In this document: in pieces, positions 57,141-64,000 of the stretch
Layout of the letters: each line of letters starts with the position of its first letter
Numbering within the stretch: the first letter of the stretch is position 1
DNA from: Caecitellus pseudoparvulus
Taxonomy: Eukaryota > Protista > Bigyra: Bicosoecida
DNA length: 64,000 nucleotides
Direction: 5' to 3'
NCBI GenBank assembly: GCA_965644315.1
Contig: CBFFRQ010000018.1
Span: forward strand, 434,001 to 498,000
Made by a program: the position numbers and the translations under genes
Notes under the pieces: generated by a model
The model's input: only the letters and a program-made list of their open reading frames with translations
The model's database searches: none
Told to the model about the DNA's origin: nothing

Positions 57141-57329
57141 CCATTTGTGTCTACTACGGTTGACCAATAACAATCGTCCCTGTCTACATGCAGTCCAAGG
57201 CGGTGTATGCACTTTTTCTTGCTGGTAAATCCAGACTCCGTCGGATGGAGGAACACATGCAAGCTTTCCACGGGGTGCCACAGGAACTAAACAGTATCTA
57301 ATGTAAGCAGAAAATGACGATTGAATAGC

Positions 57330-57403
57330 GCAGTTGTAGCTCAGTTGGTTAGAGCGTCCGCTTAACACGCGGGCAGTCATGGGTTCAAGTCCCATCAATT
57401 GTA
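57330..57403 (+). tRNA. tRNA-Val(AAC), copy 2
   Basis: Identical 74-nt sequence 270 bp downstream of copy 1. Confidence 0.93.
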
Positions 57404-57404
57404 C

Positions 57405-57411
57405 TTTTTTT
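57405..57411 (+). terminator. Pol III oligo-T terminator
   Basis: T7 run after tRNA copy 2. Confidence 0.85.
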
Positions 57412-57484
57412 CCCATCGTTGTGCGAACCGGACTTGACCAAGGCATTCTGTGACCCTGTACAGTCTCTTCAGACGTATGTATTT

Positions 57485-58915
57485 TTAGAGCCTCTCAGGA
57501 GCATTTACTTCCCCTGCGTCCCAGACACAAAGCGCATGTGGACCTTCTGCGCGTCCGAGCAGAACTGAGCAAGGAGAAGCCCCCAGCACCTGAGCAGTCA
57601 CAACCCAGTCATCCACTGACGGAGACGAGGCTACGTAGTCGAGTCGTCCATAAAAATAGCGGCGCCCATCCTCCTGCCCTGCGTGCACGCTTGCCTCCAG
57701 CAAATGAGCTTGGCCGCTGGCGCCGCCGACCACCAAGGCGGCGTGCAAATCAACTCTGCTCTCTGCAATGACACACGAAGCCGGCCCAATAAGGACGCAT
57801 GTGAAGAGTGTGTGCTGTTTGCCAACCCCTGGGGCTGCTGCTGCGTCGCCAGGACCAGCACTCCAACGAGCCAATGGCACGAGGGAGGAGGGCTCAGCCC
57901 CAGATCCTGAGCTGCACACACTGCAAGCAAAGAGACAGACTTCCCCCGACCTACCAACTGCTGCCCAGATGCTCAATGCGGGTCCCTGAGTTGAAGAACC
58001 CGGCACTGGTAGCTCTGAAGATACACAGGCCAAGGATAGGACAGCACCAGAGAGCAGCCTCGCGTGCGCAGAGGGGCTGAGAAGGGGGCTTTCCTTGGGA
58101 GCATGTGATGTCATGCCTGCCACCGCCTCTGGCCCCACACAGCTTGCAGAGACTGTGCCGCAGCTGTGACCCCGCATGAGCAGAGCAGGCTTCTGGCCAC
58201 TGCCGCATGCATACGCTGCCGACGTGACCATCGCACCCGATGCACCGTCTTGAAATACAGCAGTAGATACTTGGGTGACTGCTAACGTGTTTGCTGCGTC
58301 GAGTGTAACCACTGCGACCTCTTGTGCTGAGGGCCCACACAGCAGCACATGTGACATGGGCGACGCCGCAGCGGCAACGCAGGCAGGGCTTTGGGGAAGG
58401 GCCATGTGAGCGCTTCCAGGACAAGCTGTGGGTAGGGCGCCCATTTCGCCTTGCGCTGCTCCAAGGGGCTCAGCAGCAGGCTCTTCGTTCACTGTGCAAC
58501 TGCAGACCAGGGCACCAGTGCACGCTGCGAGTACCAAGACTTCAGACTCCGCCGTGAGCACCACACACACAACCTGCTGAGATCCACTTCCACGCATCCA
58601 CTGCACCGCCACCGGGTGGCTGGGGCTCAAATCGGTCTCCCACACAGCGCAAAGGCTCTGAGCAGCGACTGCGCCAGCACTGCTCAGCACATCCAAACTC
58701 ATCAGCGCAACACTTTGGCGCGCAGACAGCACAAGGAGAGCGCCATATTCTGTGCAAATTGCGCTCCCAACACAGCCTGTCTTTCCTCCCCAAGCCTCGC
58801 GTAGCTGCCCTGTACACATGAAGCCTGCGTTTCGCGCGCGTTTCGGGACCGCCGCAGCCTTTGAGACTTGCTGGGCGCCAGAGGATGCCCGCTTGGTGCC
58901 TTTGCGGCGCCCCAT
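57485..58915 (-). CDS. Uncharacterised protein, possible beta-propeller with N-terminal basic NLS
   Basis: 476-aa ATG ORF filling the intergenic space; MGRRKGTKR; repeated short beta-strand/Gly-turn patterns (GHSCGTV, AVGRSGEV, GGASGQA). Confidence 0.6.
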   Translation of the reverse strand: MGRRKGTKRASSGAQQVSKAAAVPKRARNAGFMCTGQLREAWGGKTGCVGSAICTEYGALLVLSARQSVALMSLDVLSSAGAVAAQSLCAVWETDLSPSHPVAVQWMRGSGSQQVVCVVLTAESEVLVLAACTGALVCSCTVNEEPAAEPLGAAQGEMGALPTACPGSAHMALPQSPACVAAAASPMSHVLLCGPSAQEVAVVTLDAANTLAVTQVSTAVFQDGASGAMVTSAAYACGSGQKPALLMRGHSCGTVSASCVGPEAVAGMTSHAPKESPLLSPSAHARLLSGAVLSLACVSSELPVPGSSTQGPALSIWAAVGRSGEVCLFACSVCSSGSGAEPSSLVPLARWSAGPGDAAAAPGVGKQHTLFTCVLIGPASCVIAESRVDLHAALVVGGASGQAHLLEASVHAGQEDGRRYFYGRLDYVASSPSVDDWVVTAQVLGASPCSVLLGRAEGPHALCVWDAGEVNAPERL

Positions 58916-59032
58916 CTTCTGAGATGTGTGTAGTCAATGAGGGCAGGAGGATGCAAGGTACTACAGCTGCCTTGCAGCCCCTCCTGGCCTCTGCAAGCTG
59001 CCACGTCTTGGTTGACTGGCCTCAGCCGAAAC

Positions 59033-59080
59033 TTCCGGCATCGCCTTAGCTCAAAAGGGAGCCTTGCAGGCGCTGATCAC
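59033..59080 (-). promoter_or_regulatory. Imperfect SECIS-like hairpin in the 3' UTR of the Dispatched-like gene
   Basis: Minus strand GTGA-(11 nt)-AA-GGCTC/GAGCT ministem-...-GGAA; upper stem CAGCGCCT/AGGCGATG. Requires a 2-nt bulge above the core. Confidence 0.25.
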
Positions 59081-59158
59081 AGGCGCCCAATAGCTTGCGA
59101 GTGCTATACTTGCTCCAAACTTGGTACATGGAAAATGAATTGCGCCAGGGGCTTTGCC

Positions 59159-62100
59159 TCACTGCCGCGCATCCTTCACAGCAACCATCTCGACGGATGC
59201 GCTGGAGTCTGCTGGAGTGGCCTGGGGCCCTCGCTGCTCCTGCTTGGAAGCAGTGCCCTGCCTTGAGTCAGTGGTATCGTCTGTCAGCGCTGCTTTTCCT
59301 TTGCTGGAGCCTGTCGCCCACCCAACGCAGCGGCGCAGCAGGGGCAGGATGTCAGCGGTAGGGTGCGCGTCCGGGCCGACGATCATGAGGGTAGCCATGA
59401 ACCACACAGTGCTGAACAGCAGCGAAAGGGCCAGGGTGACGAAAATCAGCTGGCCAAAGCGGATGAAGAATGTGAGAGTCGCCCAGAACAAGACAAATGC
59501 AGAGCACAGGGACGTGACCGCGCCGCCCAAGACCGACACGCCAATCTCAAACAGCGCATGCCTTGACCGCTGGAAGCGGCCATTCTGGTGTGCAGCATTG
59601 TATGAGTGGGCCAGGTGCACTGTGTAGTCGACGGCCAAGCCCACCAGGATGGTGGCGTTGATGGACTCAACAAGCCCCAAGTTGATGTCGGGGATGACAG
59701 CCAAGAAAGCAAGCAAGCCCACCACCACACACACGATGGAGACGCTTGCCAAGCCTGCGACGATGAAGTTGCCAGAGAAGATCAAGAGGAAGACGACAGC
59801 CACGGCAAATGACACGCCAATGGAGGTGTACGTCGATTCAACCATGACTGACGCCGTCGCGAACCATGCAAAGGTGCCCGTCGATGCAAAGCCTCGCCGA
59901 GCACCTGAGGGTGCCCCAGCGTTCAGCGTGTCCATACGCTCCGACCAGCCTTCGAAGTACTGGCGCAGGGCGGAGAGGGGGGGGTTCCCAGGCATCGTTG
60001 AGTTGAACGTCATGATGATCCAGGGGATGCGCGTGGCGCCATCATCTGCGATGCTGCCGGCTTGCTGTTTCATCTCCTCCTGCCGCTCACCGTCCAGTGT
60101 CTTGAACCATGCCGATACACTTGTCTTGAACGCCGCCTGTGTCATGTCTGCCCAGAGGGAGTCCGAGGGGGAGCCCGTCTCATTTCGCCGCCACATGGCC
60201 CAGTCTTCCAGCCAGCAGTCTGCCTCCTCGCCGAACAACGCGAAGAATTCGGTGCCAGGGCGCTGGGGAATGGTGGCAGCGGCAGTGGCCTTGCAAGCTG
60301 TCTCGACCAGGTACTCCTGCACGCTCGCCAAGTGGGGAGTGAACGCGCTGGGGCTGTCCAGGACTAGTTTGCCTACGTTGAACTCGTCATTTGGGTCGAG
60401 GCCAGAGCGGTCAATTGCTTTGTCAGGGTTCACACCGTACATCATGCGCACTTGTACAATGAAGGACTGCGCTGAAGCTGGGAAGTCGCCGAAGCGGTCA
60501 ATAGCATGCTGCAGCTCGGAGTCCGGGGGAAGCCCACTTTCTTCCTGCTCCGGAGGTGACAGCTGTGTCGCGCCAGCGATGGACAGGATCAGCAGGATGA
60601 CACCGAGGGCAGTGATGGCATACCGGGCAGTGAACAGCCACGGCGCCCACTTTGTGTAGCAGAAGCGCTCGATGCAGCGGTGCTCCGAGACATCCAAGTC
60701 CTCAGCTGAGTCACTGCCCTTGCTGGATTTAGCTGTCAGCTGGGCATGCTGTGGGGCGGCACCTCCTTCCGTTGCCTTGGCTTGGCTTGAGCTCGTGCTC
60801 GTTGGGGCGGAAGCGGGTGGGGCCACTGATCCCCTCTCTAGCTGCTGAAGCGTTGCGTCAGCGTGAGCAGCAGACTTCGCGCGGCGAGTAGCAGGCGCCA
60901 AGCAAGCTCCGTTGCAGCAGCACTCGGGGCAGTAGTCAGCCTCCTCCATGCGCCACACGAAGCAGCACTGCTTGGACAGGCGCTTGTGCCAGATGACCAA
61001 AAAAGCCGAGTACATGGAAATGATGCCGAGGTAGTTCACGAACACCATCAGCGCAGCCAGAACGCCAAAAGAAGAAACTGCGGGAATGGGGCTGACCGCA
61101 GTCATGATGAAAGCCACGAACGTTGTGAGGGACGTCACCAGCATGCTCGTGGAGGCTCTCCTCCAGACCCAGTTGAAGCGCTTCGCCAGTCCGTCTGAAC
61201 CCCTTGGTCCAACGAGTGCCTCATCCTCCAACTCTGACTGGCGCCATGCGTCCACCAGCACAAAGATATCGTCCGCGCCAATACCTGGGGGGTAGGAAGG
61301 GGGTGACAAGTGCAGCTCGGATTCTCAAGCAGGATCCCATGCGCCGGCAACGTACCAAGAATGACGTAGAGAGCCAGCTGATTCAGTGTCGTGTTCACCT
61401 GAATGCCGAGCAGGCCGTGGTACAGAACGAGACCGACGGGGTAAGAAAGGCCAACATTCAGCATGCCGACAAGCGCGAGGGTCCATGAGCCAGTTTGCAG
61501 CCCAACGATAATGACGACCATGACTCCTGCTGCGCCGGCAAGGATAAAGTCCCCCTGCACCAAGGACAGAACCTCGACGTTCCCGAGGTTGTTCTCGAAG
61601 AAGTTGATCACGATTCCATCCTGTGGAGAACAGAAGGCGGGGGGGTCGGTGCTGGCCCTGAGGTGGGTGGGTGGGCCTCATGGGGCTGCACTGCACGCAC
61701 GGGGTCAGGCTTGGCGAAGAAGTCCAGGTACTGCGCCACCCAGTCCCTGAACAGTAGCCGCTGCTCGTCCTCGTCCTCGTAGATGTTCTGAAACTTGGGC
61801 ACCGGGTTGCCGTCAGGGCCAGTAACCGTCTCGTTCAGTGGGCCACCAAACGAAATGCGGGTTCGAGTCACCTTGCCGGTGAAAGCAGCTGGGCTCTCTT
61901 GCACGTTGCTCCGCAGCTGCTTGTCAAAGAAGAAGTCAGTGAAAGGTAGCTGCTCTGGAGTCGTGCTCTGAGCGAGGGCGGCATCAATGGTGCTTTGATT
62001 CAGCTGCCGGATGTCTGCCTCTGTGATATCAAAGTATGGCGTGGATGGGAAGAAGATGCGAAGGGGGCTGAAGGGCGGGGAGCAGGTGGTGGAGGGCGGG

Positions 62101-63141
62101 ATGACGCGACAGTGGTCCTTGAAGCCCTTGATCGCAAAGCGGGATGAGTCCAGGCCCATAAGGCCTTGCTCTATGCGTCAAATGTCCAGCACATGCTCGG
62201 GGGTCCAGATCTGTGGAGAGGCAGCGTGAAGACGTCCAGAAGTTTCTGGGAGACGGATTTCAGGGCACGCCACCTCACGTTGCCTGCCTTGGCGCTGAAA
62301 AAGACAATCATGGAGGTGAACTCCTCCGAGAGCGGGGGCTGGATGGCAGACTTGTTGACAGATGACTCCTCTTGGGCAACTTGCACCGCGTAGTACCTGG
62401 TGGACAGAGGGCACGAAGGACGGCGGCATTGAAGTGGCTGGCGGGCAACATGCCGCAGCCGCGCGCCACGCACTGTTGCACCTCAGGCTCTCCGAGGGCT
62501 AGCAGCTGCACAGCGCGGAAAGGAGAAAGGCGTGCATGTTCGTCGCGGGAATTGGGGGCTGTCTTTCTCGTGAAAGCTCAGACTATGCGAGGTGCAGGCT
62601 GACTGGTTGCCACTCGACGAAGCCTCGATGAACGGCAGCCGCAGACGCCGCGTCGCAGCACACGGGAGGACATCGGCCGCAGCAAGGGAGCTAACTCACA
62701 TTGCCAGCACTAGATCCACTTGTGCTCGATCCTGATACAATGCCGAGTGCCCACTGTGGAGGGGCGTGGGCGGAAGGCGTGACATAGCGGAAAATGCTTG
62801 CGGCGGCCGAGGCGAAAGCCACAGACGGGGGCTGCTGCTTACCAGCGAAGCCAGGGCCAGGAGTAAGATACAAATGCCACCACACATGAGAAAGGGGTGT
62901 GCCACTATGCATCCTGTGTACTTTTCCGTGCAAACCCTTGCCAGACTTGCGTCCTGCGAGGCGGCGTGCCAAAGGGGCGTTTCCTGGAACTCTCTCGGCG
63001 CAGACTGTCGGCACCGAAACTCACCTCGCTAGAGTCAGAGGGCTTGGACACTCTGCCAGGCGAAGAAGGCTGGGTGCTAGAAGGACCGTCCCCTGGGGCT
63101 GGGGCCACTTGCGGCCGCCTCGAGTCCGGACTCGACGACAT
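59159..63141 (-). CDS. Dispatched/Patched-family RND transporter with sterol-sensing domain; contains one in-frame TGA (62180-62178)
   Basis: GIGADDIFV, RRASTSMLVTSLTT, VGLAVDYTVHLAHSY, IGVSVLGGAVTS and FFIRFG; about 7 GT-AG introns give one continuous frame apart from the single TGA. Confidence 0.85.
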
Positions 63142-63501
63142 GATGTCTGATTGGTGCCGATGTGTGGCGTGTGCTGAGTGGAGACACAGCGGTTGGATCT
63201 GTGGCGGCCTGCCAGAGGCTAGACCGTGCCAAGTATGCTCCTGCACAAACAGTGGCAAGCTAGCTGCGGGAGGTGCTACGAAGGCGGGGGAGGAAGAGGC
63301 TTGTGCAGAGTAGTGGAATTGCAAAGTGTGCGTCAGCGTGGGGGGGTCGACGTACGCGCACACCCCCCGCACACCCCGTGCCGCGTCGCCAACCTTCGGG
63401 TGCGGTCGTCTCCACGCCCGTTGCATTGCCAAGGGGGTGGGGAAAGCTATGGTCAAGAGCGTGAGTGGGAGCCCGCTTGCCACGCACTTGGGCAGCTCAG
63501 A

Positions 63502-64000
63502 TTAGCTTGACGGCGGACACAGCACCTGCAGGCCGTCCATGAGAGCCACAGTGTGCATGAGCCTGCCAAACAGAAAGATAGGAACCATGAGGGCAAAATC
63601 AAAGGGTGTGTATCCCTCGGGATCGTCTACTTGCCAGTCTGGCAGGGCATCGGCCTCGTCAGTGGCGGCAGCAGCGCCGTCACGACCGCTGGGTGGAATC
63701 TTCGCGGCAGGGGCTGCTGGGCTGCCTCCCACACGAGGACGCTTCGAGCCTCTACCACTGCGTGGTGGAAGGCTGTCAGAAGACACAATCGTGGGGAACT
63801 GCGGCTCCACCTTGCGGGCGGGGACGAGCTTGACGACGCGACGCCAGGTCGGATACCCTGCCTCAACGCTCATGCTTGCAAGCGTCAGAGACGTCCCAGG
63901 GCTTGGAATAGGGAGGTAGCTCCCCCCTGCTGCCTTGAGCAGCGGCGCGGCAGCAGCTTGCACGCTCGCGCTGTCGCCATACGAGTCAGCTGTTGCATCC
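63502..64000 (-). CDS. 3' portion of an uncharacterised gene extending beyond the window
   Basis: Open frame running in from the window edge, ending ...PFDFALMVPIFLFGRLMHTVALMDGLQVLCPPSS*. Confidence 0.45.
   Translation of the reverse strand, partial: DATADSYGDSASVQAAAAPLLKAAGGSYLPIPSPGTSLTLASMSVEAGYPTWRRVVKLVPARKVEPQFPTIVSSDSLPPRSGRGSKRPRVGGSPAAPAAKIPPSGRDGAAAATDEADALPDWQVDDPEGYTPFDFALMVPIFLFGRLMHTVALMDGLQVLCPPSS

Noticed and set aside
57060-57403. Reading the tRNAs as Leu(TAA) or suppressor tRNA from the TTAA in the loop, or as a CRISPR-like repeat
   Set aside because: The stem TCCGC/GCGGG centres the 7-nt loop on AAC (Val); there are only two copies and both fold as tRNA.
56805-57446. 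213-aa minus ORF with a duplicated peptide KKVQLMGLEPMTARVLSGRSNQLSYNCA
   Set aside because: It is the antisense translation of the two tRNA genes.
27838-63141. Dispatched, nicastrin and rhomboid as a clustered Hedgehog/Notch-like pathway
   Set aside because: The genes are interspersed with unrelated housekeeping genes, all three families are pan-eukaryotic, and no ligand or receptor is present.
1-64000. Genome-wide reassignment of TGA
   Set aside because: TGA, TAA and TAG all terminate conserved genes at expected C-termini; only one in-frame TGA was found.

Overview
Gene-dense, GC-rich eukaryotic (protist) chromosomal segment with about 22 protein-coding genes. I resolved about 30 short GT-AG introns by hand, mostly 65-115 bp. 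Gene content and architecture suggest a heterotrophic stramenopile/SAR flagellate (inference only). Recognisable genes: proteasome ATPase RPT2/PSMC1, a CAMTA-type CG-1/ankyrin/IQ transcription factor, a degenerate kinesin, an Air1/ZCCHC7-like zinc-knuckle protein, an Sfi1-repeat protein, a Dug2-like WD40-M20 fusion, a class 3 lipase, a cyclin K/T-like protein, two TmcB-like membrane/PAS paralogues, CNOT11, an inactive rhomboid, a strictosidine synthase-like protein, CWF19L2, two head-to-head EF-hand paralogues, nicastrin, a cathepsin L-like protease, PIG-O, two identical tRNA-Val(AAC) genes and a Dispatched-like RND/SSD protein. Three observations stand out. (1) The otherwise intact multi-exon Dispatched-like gene has a single in-frame TGA where animal Dispatched has a Cys, and its 3' UTR holds an imperfect SECIS-like hairpin; this is a candidate new selenoprotein or readthrough case, but a nonsense allele or sequence error is not excluded. 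(2) The divergent EF-hand pair appears to end in a dead Ras-like GTPase fold. (3) Several genes look like pseudoenzymes (GPAG rhomboid, switch-less kinesin, Dug2-like peptidase). No mobile elements, CRISPR arrays or rRNA genes were seen.
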